Assembly: GCA_036336835.1 (NCBI GenBank)
Contig: JAYZFK010000063.1
Span: 1-32,661 of the forward strand
Length of the DNA: 32,661 nt
Source of the DNA: Myxococcota bacterium
GTDB lineage: Bacteria > Myxococcota_A > UBA9160 > UBA4427
Direction of reading: 5' to 3'
In this document: piece by piece, positions 18,126 through 26,683 of the stretch
How positions within the stretch are numbered: the stretch's first letter is position 1
Layout: each line of letters opens with the position of its first letter
Program-made: the position numbers and the translations under genes
Notes under the pieces: model-generated
What the model was told of the DNA's origin: nothing
The model's input: only the letters and a program-made list of their open reading frames with translations
The model's database searches: none

Positions 18126-18977
18126 ATGCGTGGCCCCGGCCCCTGCATGCTGTGCGGCGCCGCCGACGCGCGATTCCTGTTCGAGAAGTCGGGTCGCCAG
18201 GTCGTCCGCTGCAACGGCTGCGGACTCGAGTGGGTCCACCCGATGCCGAGCGCGCAAGAGCAGGCGGCCTACTACGAGCGGTCGTATGCCGACGGCACCT
18301 ATTCGTTCTTCGCCGAGGCACAGGAGATGCGCCGCCTGATCGCGCGCCATCGGCTCGACGTGATCGAGCACTTCGCACGCGACGGCCGCTGGCTCGATGT
18401 CGGTGCGTCGTCGGGCGATTTCGTCGAGGTCGCCTCTCACGACCGAGAGATCGAGGGACTCGAGCTGTCGGAGCGGGCCGTGCGCGAGGCGCAGTCGCGC
18501 GGCCTGACAGTGCACTGCGCATCCGTCGAGCAGTTCGAGCCGGACGCGCCCTACGCGATGATCACCGCATTCGACGTGCTCGAGCACCTGCGCGAGCCGC
18601 GTCTCTTCCTGCAACGGCTGCGCAGCTGGCTGCAAAACGACGGACACCTGGTGCTCACCCTGCCGGACGTGAGCTCGTTCTACCCGCGTTGGCTGATGCG
18701 GCGCCACTGGTTCTTCTACATGCCGAACGAGCACCTGTTCTATTACGACCCCGATACCGTACGAAGGCTGCTCGAGGAGGAGGACTTCCACGTCGACAAG
18801 GTGCGGACGGCGTACAAGATGCTGACGCCCCGCTACGCGGCCTCGAACCTGCGCAACTTCAACGCGGGCCTGGGTCGCGTTGCGAGCGCATCGGTCGGAA
18901 TGCTGCCGGAGGCGATCGCCGGGCGGGCCATCCCGATGTATGTCGGCGAGATGATCGTCTTCGCCAGCACGCGTTGA
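18126..18977 (+). CDS. Class I SAM-dependent methyltransferase with an N-terminal zinc ribbon (Methyltransf_23-like)
   Basis: CMLC...CNGC, LDVGASSG, FDVLEHL..P and EHLFYY motifs. Confidence 0.88.
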   Translation: MRGPGPCMLCGAADARFLFEKSGRQVVRCNGCGLEWVHPMPSAQEQAAYYERSYADGTYSFFAEAQEMRRLIARHRLDVIEHFARDGRWLDVGASSGDFVEVASHDREIEGLELSERAVREAQSRGLTVHCASVEQFEPDAPYAMITAFDVLEHLREPRLFLQRLRSWLQNDGHLVLTLPDVSSFYPRWLMRRHWFFYMPNEHLFYYDPDTVRRLLEEEDFHVDKVRTAYKMLTPRYAASNLRNFNAGLGRVASASVGMLPEAIAGRAIPMYVGEMIVFASTR

Positions 18978-18982
18978 CACCC

Positions 18983-19726
18983 ATGGAGCGCTCCAACCCC
19001 CGCTTCAGCGAACATCAACGATCGCACTTCCTCGACGCCGACGAGGCGCAGTACCGCTGGACGACGAGCGCGCCGGGCATCGTCGAGACCGAGGACGAGC
19101 TACTCGCCCCGCTGCTCCCCGACCTCGCCTCGCCATGCCTGGAGATCGGCTGCGGCGAAGGCAACAACCTGCAGCGACTCGCGGCCGAGGTCCAATGCTT
19201 CGGCATCGATCGCTTCGCACGCAAGCTCCGGTTCGCCCGCCGCGAGCTGCCCCAGGCCCATTTCGCAGCCGCCGACGCCGCCAGACTCCCCTTCGCGGAC
19301 GCGAGCTTTCCCTGTGTCCTGGTGCGCGACCTGCTCCACCATCTGCCCGAGCCCGAACGAGCGCTCGGCGAAGTCGTGCGCGTCCTCCAGCCTGGCGGGC
19401 GGCTCTGCCTGCTCGAGCCCAATGGTCGCAACCCGCTGATCCGCCTGCAGACCCACCTCGTCCCGGCCGAGATCGGCGCCCGCCAATCGACTCCCCAATC
19501 GATCCGCGCGATGCTCGAGCGCCAACCTCTCGACCACCTTCACATCGAGCCCCGCCAACCCCTCGCACTGCGCCGCCTGGTGCTCCACTACCGAATGGGC
19601 CTGCCCGTGCTCGGCCGCTTCGCACCCACCGCGGCATTGCTGCGAGGACTCGAGACCGCACTGGGCACCCTGCTCCCAAAATCGCGCTGGACGTACATCG
19701 AAGCCAACGCGATCAAGAAGACCTAA
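18983..19726 (+). CDS. Class I SAM-dependent methyltransferase (Methyltransf_11-like)
   Basis: MERSNP start 5 bp after the previous stop; LEIGCGEG, DAARLPFADASF, LLHHL and RVLQPGG..LLEPN. Confidence 0.88.
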   Translation: MERSNPRFSEHQRSHFLDADEAQYRWTTSAPGIVETEDELLAPLLPDLASPCLEIGCGEGNNLQRLAAEVQCFGIDRFARKLRFARRELPQAHFAAADAARLPFADASFPCVLVRDLLHHLPEPERALGEVVRVLQPGGRLCLLEPNGRNPLIRLQTHLVPAEIGARQSTPQSIRAMLERQPLDHLHIEPRQPLALRRLVLHYRMGLPVLGRFAPTAALLRGLETALGTLLPKSRWTYIEANAIKKT

Positions 19727-19728
19727 CC

Positions 19729-19800
19729 ATTGGCAGCGACGCGCGTCGGCGATTCGCAGAGCCTGTCGCGAATCGAGCCAATCTGTGAGCTCGGCCGAGC
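19729..19800. repeat. Cluster of inverted repeats between convergent genes
   Basis: ATTGGC/GCCAAT encloses the CGACGCGCGTCG palindrome and a CGATTCGC/GCGAATCG stem; GCTCGGCCGAGC follows. Confidence 0.5.
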
Positions 19801-19813
19801 GGGCGGTACCCCC

Positions 19814-20866
19814 TCAGGTCTTCACGGGCCAGAGAAAGTTGCCCATGATCGTCTGGTAGGCCTCGCAAGGCGTCCAGCACTGCGGGCAGTCGTAGTTCCA
19901 GATCTCGCTCTGTAGCTGCTCCGCCTCCGGCGAGTTCCAGATCTTCTCGAGGTCGTACTCCACGTCGCGCAGGCTTCCCACTTTTCGGTCGTAGACCGTG
20001 CACGGATGCACGTTGCCCCACGAGTCGACGAAACACGACGAGCGCATCGCGTGGCAGCGCATCGGCGTCTTGCCCGACTCGAGATAGCCGCGCACCCGCT
20101 TCAGATACTCGCGTTCGAGAATGTCCACCGGGTGGAAGCCGAGCCCGCGAAGCTTCGCATAGGCCTCGGTCGCTCCGGCGAGCGCCGAGTGATCGACGCG
20201 GTCGCGCAGATCGAGGTCCGCGTTGTGCAGGTACGCGCCCTCGTGGACGATGTTGACGTGGAAGTCGTTCGGCGTGAGGTCGGGGATCTCGGCCTTTGCC
20301 GCCGCGAACGCCTGCGGGAAGTGATCCAGGTTCGCGGCCGATAGCGTCATCCCGAGCACCACCTGCACGCCAGGGATCTCGCGCAGCTGCCGAAAGCTCT
20401 CGATCTGCTTGCGCCAGCCACCCTCGACGCCGCGAATCGTATCGTTCATCGCCTCGTCGCCGTCGCAGCTAATCGTGATCATCAGCTGCTCGTGACTCAT
20501 CTTCGCAACCTCGCGCGAGTAGCCGACGAGCTGCTCGGTGAGGTAGCCGTTCGACGGGTAGTGCAGCAGCAGCAAATCCTTGCAGTTGCTGGTGATCGCG
20601 TCACAGATGTCGACGAAGTCCTTGCGCAACGACACTTCTCCACCTGTAACGTCGATCCAGCTGAAGCGGTTCGACACGCGGAAGAAGCGCCGGATCTCAT
20701 CGAGAGTGAGCTCATCGCGCGGCTGCATCTTCCAGATGTTGCAGGTCTGGCACTTGTAGTTGCACCAGTAGGTGATGCAGAACGTGAGCTTCATCGGAAA
20801 CGCGAGCCGCGTCACGTTCGCCTTGGTCGCCCTGGCGGCCAGCTTGAGATAGGGCCGGATCTTCAT
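19814..20866 (-). CDS. Radical SAM enzyme with a C-terminal SPASM/Twitch-like domain
   Basis: CNYKCQTC cluster motif, TGGEV, ISCDG...IRG; C-terminal CHA...GNVHPC...CPQCWTPC; ATGA overlap with the GT9 stop. Confidence 0.9.
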   Translation of the reverse strand: MKIRPYLKLAARATKANVTRLAFPMKLTFCITYWCNYKCQTCNIWKMQPRDELTLDEIRRFFRVSNRFSWIDVTGGEVSLRKDFVDICDAITSNCKDLLLLHYPSNGYLTEQLVGYSREVAKMSHEQLMITISCDGDEAMNDTIRGVEGGWRKQIESFRQLREIPGVQVVLGMTLSAANLDHFPQAFAAAKAEIPDLTPNDFHVNIVHEGAYLHNADLDLRDRVDHSALAGATEAYAKLRGLGFHPVDILEREYLKRVRGYLESGKTPMRCHAMRSSCFVDSWGNVHPCTVYDRKVGSLRDVEYDLEKIWNSPEAEQLQSEIWNYDCPQCWTPCEAYQTIMGNFLWPVKT

Positions 20867-22110
20867 TGAGCCAACTCGCCTGGCACCGCACCGATCGAGA
20901 CGAGCTGTCGCGCGATGCGAGCGGATGTCTCTTCGACCCCGATCGATCGGATGCACACCGGGTTCGTGCAGTACGAGATCTTCAGGTTGTAGTTGGTCAG
21001 ACACGGGCTGCAGAACAGCTCGCGGTAGAGCACGATGTCGTGCGGATTGCGCGGGCCGTACTGCATCGGGTCGGTCGGGCCGAAGAAGGCAGCGACCGGC
21101 GACTCGACGAGCGCGGCCAGGTGCATGACCGACGTGTCGTTGGTTACCGCCAGGTCGGCCCGGGCCAGCAGCGCGAGCAGCTCGCCGATCGAGAGCCGAT
21201 CGCACGCGTTGGTCGCCTCGTGCTTCATCACAGTCATTGCCTCGCGCACGAGCGCGGCCTCTTCCTCGCCCTTGCCCGTGTACACGATCGCCGCGCCATG
21301 GCGCTCGATCAGCAGATCACAGAGCTTGCCGAAGTTCTCCGGGGGCCAGCGTTTGAGGGCGAGCTTGTAGAAGTTGGGACCGCTGCCAACGTGGACGGCC
21401 ACCAGCGGTCGACGCTCGGGACCCACTCCCGAAGCCACCAGAAGGCGTTCGACCGCCGCGATCTCGTCGGTGTCGATCCGCAACTGCAACGGCGCGGTCG
21501 ACCTCTCGACCCCGAGTGGCCGAAGCAGTCGCATGAACACCTGCGACATATGATCGCCGTCGCGGTAGACGACGCGAGTCGTGTACAGCCCGCCACGCCC
21601 CTGGCCGTCGGTGTTGAAGCCAAAGCGATGCCGCGCGCCACTCAGGTAGGTAATCACCGTCGAGAGTTTGATGAACTGTTCGAAGTCGAGCACGAGATCG
21701 TAGCGTCGGCGTCGGATCGACAGGAACACGCGCACGAGATCGACCACCAGCCCCGCATAGCTCTGCGCCTTCACGCTCAGCACGCGGTCGACCAGCCCAC
21801 TGCGTTCGAGCAGCGAGCGGTTCTCCTCGAGACTCAAGAACTCGAGTTCGACATCCGGGTGCTTCTGGCGCAGCGCGGCCAGCACGGGCAGGAGCATCGC
21901 GATGTTGCCGAGGCCGTAGAGCTTGATCGCCAGGACACGGCGCGGCACCACCTGCTCGGTCTCGGCGGGCGGTGTAGTCGCCTGGCGCGACGGCTGGGGC
22001 GGCCCGCCACAACGCGCGTGGAGCCGCGAGATCGCGAACAACGCGGTGAGTAGTACGCGACCGACCCAGGTATCGATCTTGCGACCAACGTTCATGTCGA
22101 TGCCGGCCAT
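20863..22110 (-). CDS. Glycosyltransferase family 9 (heptosyltransferase-like)
   Basis: IKLYGLGN, KRWPPENF, TNDTSVMHLAA, FGPTDP and CSPC...C...C motifs; GAGGA RBS before ATG 22110. Confidence 0.9.
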   Translation of the reverse strand: MAGIDMNVGRKIDTWVGRVLLTALFAISRLHARCGGPPQPSRQATTPPAETEQVVPRRVLAIKLYGLGNIAMLLPVLAALRQKHPDVELEFLSLEENRSLLERSGLVDRVLSVKAQSYAGLVVDLVRVFLSIRRRRYDLVLDFEQFIKLSTVITYLSGARHRFGFNTDGQGRGGLYTTRVVYRDGDHMSQVFMRLLRPLGVERSTAPLQLRIDTDEIAAVERLLVASGVGPERRPLVAVHVGSGPNFYKLALKRWPPENFGKLCDLLIERHGAAIVYTGKGEEEAALVREAMTVMKHEATNACDRLSIGELLALLARADLAVTNDTSVMHLAALVESPVAAFFGPTDPMQYGPRNPHDIVLYRELFCSPCLTNYNLKISYCTNPVCIRSIGVEETSARIARQLVSIGAVPGELAQ

Positions 22111-22266
22111 CAGATCCTCGCTTCGCGCAGGGCACTCGGACGCGAAGGTTCCCGGTGCGAAGGACCTGAAGCATACCACCACCCCCCCCGCTTCCATGCG
22201 GTGGGAGGCGGTGCGGTGCGTGCGGGTAGCGTACGACGGCGCACGGGCTGCGACGGCGTTGCGCGT

Positions 22267-24498
22267 CTACTCGAGACGGTGGGGACGACCGATCCCGTAC
22301 CCCTCGAGACGGACCTCGATGCTGCGTCGAAACTCGCGGCCCCCCGCCCGCGCGAGCGCTTCGCGCGCCGCCTCCCGCGCCTCGGCGAAGCGCCCCAGCT
22401 CGGCGAGTGCAGCGGCCAGCAGATCGTACTGCGGTGCGTCGCGCCATCCGCGCCGCTCGCCGTGGCGCTGCGCGAGCGCGAACGCGGCGGCGCCGTCGCG
22501 ACACGCGACTTCCGGGCACGTCGCAAGCAGCCAGCCGAGCTTGTACTCGACATCGCCCGCACCCGGGGCGAGCGCTCGCGCGAGCTGCCAGTGCAGCGTC
22601 GCTCCCGACCAGTCGCCCACAGCGAACTGCGCGGCACCGATCGCGCGATGCAGCCGCGCGACCTCGGCGGTGGCGGACACGGCTGCCGCGGCGGCGCGCA
22701 ACGCATCGGCCGGCAGCCAATCCGCGGCGGGCTCGAGCGGCCGAAAGCCGTCGAGATACTCTCGACCCTCGAACAGCAGCACGCCGAGCCGACGTCGAGC
22801 GGTGATCTCGCTGGCCAGCCAGAAGGCACCGCGATGCGCGGGTCTCAGCCGCAAGGTCGCACGCGCCTGGTCGAGCGCACAGGCGTACTCGAGCACGGCG
22901 TTGCAGGCGACGGCCAGATCGAGTGCGAAGCGCGGCTTCGAACGGGCCGAGGGATGCGCCGTCGCGCGCAGGACGTGGCGCGCGAGTGCGATGCGTTGCG
23001 GCGCGAGCCTGCGGGATCGGACTGCGGAAGCCGGGCCACTCGCCCCCTCGCCAGGGTCGCCCTCCCCGACTCGAAACTCGAACCAGGTATCGGCGATGCG
23101 CCGGCTGGGCTCACGACCGCGAAGCCACGAGTAGGCCGCGGCGCCCGGGCCGAGCAGCCCGTGCAGCGCGCTCGCACCGATGACGACGCGACCGGTCCGC
23201 GGAGTCAGCGGATCGGGATCGATTGCAACCGGCCCCGTCGTGCCAGCGAGATATCGACGCAGCGCGTGGTCGTGCTGCCCCCAGTCGTAGTTGGAGTCGA
23301 GCAAGACCCGATAGCCACCCGCCGGGCCGCCGCCGAACGGGTTGAAGTAGTCGAGTCCATGCGGTGCGGTCCACAACGCCTCGCCGAGCTGCACCACGAT
23401 CAGCGCGCCGGCCGCGACGCGCGCTCGCGAGGCGAGCTGCGCCAGACCGAGGCCCGCGACGACGAAGGCAAACGGATACAGCGGTAACAGGTGGCGGATG
23501 CCGATGTTCACGGTCGACACCACGCTGAGTCCGAAGAAGAGCACGATCGGCAGTCCGAGCCACACCGCGAGCGCGCGCGACCGCACCACCGCGGCCACAC
23601 CGATCGCGAACGCGACCATCGAAGCGAGCGGGCTCTTCACCGCGAGAGCGATCGGGAAATAACTCCACCAGCCCGTGGTCGAGTACTCGCCGAGCAGATA
23701 CGCGTGATGCCCCAGCGATGACCCGTGCAGGAGCTTCGCCCGGGTGGCGGCGACGAACGCATCCGGAAGCCACTGCCCCGCGAGCAGGGGCCCGAAGCCG
23801 TAGGCCGCGTGCAGAGAGACGAAGCCGAGCATCCCCGCGAGCGCGCCCCCCCGGAGCACACGCGCCCGCGCCGCGCGTCCGCGGCGCCAGTCGGCTGCGG
23901 GAGCGAGCGCAATCTGGACCGCCACCAGCGGCAGCAGACACAGGCCCTGCACCTTGGTGGCGCAGGCAGCGCCGAGCGCCAGACCGAGCACCGCGAAAGC
24001 ACCCAGCTCGCCGGTGCGAGCTGCACGATGCGCGGACGCGACCGCGAGCACCGCGCAGACCGCGATCGGAGCGTCGAGCGTCGCCAGTGAAGCGTGGGCG
24101 AAGAATGTGGGCGAGGTGGCCAGGAAGAACAGCCCGCCCAGGGCGGCCAGCGGCCCGACCAGCCGCCGGGCGAAGCCGTGGAGCACGAGCGCCCCCCCGA
24201 GCACGAGCGCGATCACCGCAAGCCGCGGCCCGAGCAGACCCTCGGCCTCGAAGGGGATGTAGTCGGAATCGAGCGCGGCCGGCCAGCCGAGCCACAGCTG
24301 CCCCAGCGGTGGATTGCCGAGCCCCCCCGCAAAGCGACCCGACTCGAGGAACAGCACGCCCGCAGGAACGTGAACTGCCACCTCGTCCGGAACCCCCGAG
24401 TGCACGACTGCTGACGCCACGGCGACGGCGGCGAACCAGGCGAGGAGCACCGTCCGAACCAGCCGCTCGGCGCCTTCCGGGATTCCGGCGGTCTGCAT
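22267..24498 (-). CDS. GT-C fold glycosyltransferase (GT39/ArnT-like) fused to a C-terminal TPR-like region
   Basis: VPDE..H, NPPL, HASLATLD, ATK, YLLGE..GWWSYFP...KSP, NIGIRHLLP and DSNYDWGQ; helical C-terminus with LGWLLATCP..RDG..A and LAAALAELGRFAEA. Confidence 0.8.
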   Translation of the reverse strand: MQTAGIPEGAERLVRTVLLAWFAAVAVASAVVHSGVPDEVAVHVPAGVLFLESGRFAGGLGNPPLGQLWLGWPAALDSDYIPFEAEGLLGPRLAVIALVLGGALVLHGFARRLVGPLAALGGLFFLATSPTFFAHASLATLDAPIAVCAVLAVASAHRAARTGELGAFAVLGLALGAACATKVQGLCLLPLVAVQIALAPAADWRRGRAARARVLRGGALAGMLGFVSLHAAYGFGPLLAGQWLPDAFVAATRAKLLHGSSLGHHAYLLGEYSTTGWWSYFPIALAVKSPLASMVAFAIGVAAVVRSRALAVWLGLPIVLFFGLSVVSTVNIGIRHLLPLYPFAFVVAGLGLAQLASRARVAAGALIVVQLGEALWTAPHGLDYFNPFGGGPAGGYRVLLDSNYDWGQHDHALRRYLAGTTGPVAIDPDPLTPRTGRVVIGASALHGLLGPGAAAYSWLRGREPSRRIADTWFEFRVGEGDPGEGASGPASAVRSRRLAPQRIALARHVLRATAHPSARSKPRFALDLAVACNAVLEYACALDQARATLRLRPAHRGAFWLASEITARRRLGVLLFEGREYLDGFRPLEPAADWLPADALRAAAAAVSATAEVARLHRAIGAAQFAVGDWSGATLHWQLARALAPGAGDVEYKLGWLLATCPEVACRDGAAAFALAQRHGERRGWRDAPQYDLLAAALAELGRFAEAREAAREALARAGGREFRRSIEVRLEGYGIGRPHRLE

Positions 24499-24598
24499 CA
24501 GGCCCGAAGAGTAGCCGGGGAGCCCCTGGCGAGCCGCGTGCCGGGCGGTATCGGCTAGCTTGCCCGCAGTAGCAGCCGCCCCTCATCCCGGAGGCCCC

Positions 24599-26503
24599 AT
24601 GTCCCGACACGCTCGAAGCATCCCCCCGCTCTTCGCCCTGCTGGCCGTCGCCTGCGCTACATCGGATCGCGCAACGGTCGATGCCCACGTTTCCGTCGCC
24701 GCCTCATCGAGCCCGTGGACCTCGCTCGCCGTCGACGACTCGAACGAGGACTTCGATTTCGTCGTAGTGACAGACCGCACCGGCGAGCACCGCGACGGCG
24801 TGTTCGAGAGCGCGATGCCGAAGGTGAACCTGCTGCAACCCGCATTCGTGATGAGCGTTGGCGACATGATCGAGGGCTACAGCGAAGACCGATCGGTGCT
24901 CGACGCGGAGTGGGAGGAGTTCGAGGGCTTCATCGCCCAGCTCGGCATGCCCTTTTTCTACGTGCCGGGCAACCACGACCTCAGCAACGAGACGATGGCC
25001 CACGTCTGGCGCGAGCGATTCGGCGCCAGCTACTACCACTTCATCTACAAGGACGTCCTGTTCCTCGCGCTCAACAGCGAGCTGTTCAGCATGGTGAGCC
25101 AGCCCGGCACCTCGCTCGCCGGGCCGGATCTTCAGGCCGACCAGCTGGCCTACGCCGAGCGCGTACTCGCCGATCACCCCAACGTGCGCTGGACGCTCGT
25201 CTTCATCCACCAGCCGCTCTGGGACGCGCAGCAGATCCACCCGGACTGGCTGAAGATCGAGGGATGGCTGGGCGACCGGCCGCACACGGTATTCGCGGGC
25301 CACATCCACGAGTACACCCTGCATCGGCGACACGGCCGCGACTACATCACCCTGGCGACGACCGGTGGCGGCAGCGGAATGCGCGGGCTGCTCCACGGCG
25401 AATTCGACCACGTGGCACTGGTCTCGATGCGCAAGGACGGCCCGGTGATCGCGAACCTGCTGCTCGACGGAATCGAGGGAGTCGACTTGCGCGACGCCGC
25501 GCTGCGCAGCGTGGTCCAGAAGCTCGATCGATCGGTCCGTGCGAACGCGATGCAGTTCGCGGGTTCGCGGTTCGAGGAAGGCAGTGTGACCTTCCGCGTG
25601 CACAACGACGGCGATGCACCGCTCTGGCTCGCGGGAACGATCCACGCCAGCCTCGACCTGGTCGCGGACGAGCCCCGGGTCGAGCTCGAGGTCGCGCCCA
25701 ACTCGGTGGTCGAGCTCCCGGTGCAGCTCTCGGCCATCGCACCGGCGCCATTCGAGTCGCTCGCGGCGGCGAGCGCATCCTGGCGCGTTCGCACCCTCGG
25801 GCCGGAGGGCCGCCCGGTCGAGATCGAGATCGAGTCGTCGATCGCGCCCGAGCGTGTGTTCGAGTGTCGCCGTCCGCAGCGACCAATCGAGCTCGACGGC
25901 TCACTCGCGGAGTGGAACCAGCTGGCGCTCGCGGCCGACCCGCCCGCCGCGATCGACCACGCCGAACTCGTCGAGGATCGCGACGATGGCTCGTTCCGCT
26001 TCGACCTTCGCTGCGACGACGAGAACCTGTACGTCGGCGTGGCCGTGCGAGACGATTCCATCGTCTCGTCGCCGGAGCGAATCGGCCGAGAGCAGGATGG
26101 CGTGGCGTTGATTCTCGACGCGCGCGACGATCCTGCGCGCTCGGCCAGTGGCCAGGGCTTCTTCACGGCAATCAGCGACGGGACCATGAGGGACGTGCTC
26201 GTCATCAGCGCCGGGCCGGAGCCGAACCCCGCCGAGGACACGGTCTTCAGCGTGTTCATCCCCCCGCCGCCGGATAGCATCCGCAGCGCCTCGCAGGTCG
26301 GGGACTCGGGCTACGGCCTCGAAATCGCCATTCCGCTGGCCGTGCTCGATGCCAAGCACGGCGAGCGCTTCGAGCGCGTCCGACTCGACATCAGCGTCTA
26401 CGACTTCGACGAGGGTCAGACCGGACACGCCACGCTGTGGTGGCGGCCGTCTCGCTTCGATGCCCGGGCGATCCCGGGCTCGGGCACCTTCTCCCGGCCC
26501 TAG
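24599..26503 (+). CDS. Lipoprotein with a calcineurin-like metallophosphoesterase and a C-terminal CBM9-like sugar-binding domain
   Basis: GGAGG RBS; LAVAC lipobox; TDRTG, VGDMIEG, PGNHD, HQP and AGHIH; C-terminal IELDGSLAEW, DDENLYVGVAVRDD, DGVAL and GYGLEIAIP. Confidence 0.82.
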   Translation: MSRHARSIPPLFALLAVACATSDRATVDAHVSVAASSSPWTSLAVDDSNEDFDFVVVTDRTGEHRDGVFESAMPKVNLLQPAFVMSVGDMIEGYSEDRSVLDAEWEEFEGFIAQLGMPFFYVPGNHDLSNETMAHVWRERFGASYYHFIYKDVLFLALNSELFSMVSQPGTSLAGPDLQADQLAYAERVLADHPNVRWTLVFIHQPLWDAQQIHPDWLKIEGWLGDRPHTVFAGHIHEYTLHRRHGRDYITLATTGGGSGMRGLLHGEFDHVALVSMRKDGPVIANLLLDGIEGVDLRDAALRSVVQKLDRSVRANAMQFAGSRFEEGSVTFRVHNDGDAPLWLAGTIHASLDLVADEPRVELEVAPNSVVELPVQLSAIAPAPFESLAAASASWRVRTLGPEGRPVEIEIESSIAPERVFECRRPQRPIELDGSLAEWNQLALAADPPAAIDHAELVEDRDDGSFRFDLRCDDENLYVGVAVRDDSIVSSPERIGREQDGVALILDARDDPARSASGQGFFTAISDGTMRDVLVISAGPEPNPAEDTVFSVFIPPPPDSIRSASQVGDSGYGLEIAIPLAVLDAKHGERFERVRLDISVYDFDEGQTGHATLWWRPSRFDARAIPGSGTFSRP

Positions 26504-26548
26504 TCCGCGTCCTGCGGGCCTCGATCACCGCCGACCACGTGCGGACGC

Positions 26549-26596
26549 CGTGCGACGACAGGGGCGCACGAACAGGGACCTGCGCGTTGTCGCACG
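26549..26596. repeat. Nested inverted repeat upstream of the sigma54 activator gene
   Basis: CGTGCGACGAC (26549-26559) pairs with GTTGTCGCACG (26586-26596), one mismatch/G-U; inner stem GCGCA/TGCGC. Confidence 0.55.
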
Positions 26597-26683
26597 TGCC
26601 GACGAAGAGCAGGCTCACGATCGGGCGCGGGCCCCGACGACTCATCGGGGTAACGAGATCGACCCGCTGCCCGGGAGTGAAGC

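Noticed and set aside
18152..19726. 524-aa ORF suggesting a fused or frameshifted double methyltransferase
   Set aside because: The two methyltransferases are separate intact genes (stop at 18977, ATG at 18983); the upstream part is an off-frame Arg-rich shadow.
19814..20866. Radical SAM enzyme as an anaerobic sulfatase maturase for the two sulfatase-like genes
   Set aside because: The targets lack the (C/S)xPxR motif, the C-terminal cysteine pattern looks reduced relative to anSME, and the gene is coupled to GT9. Not strictly excluded.
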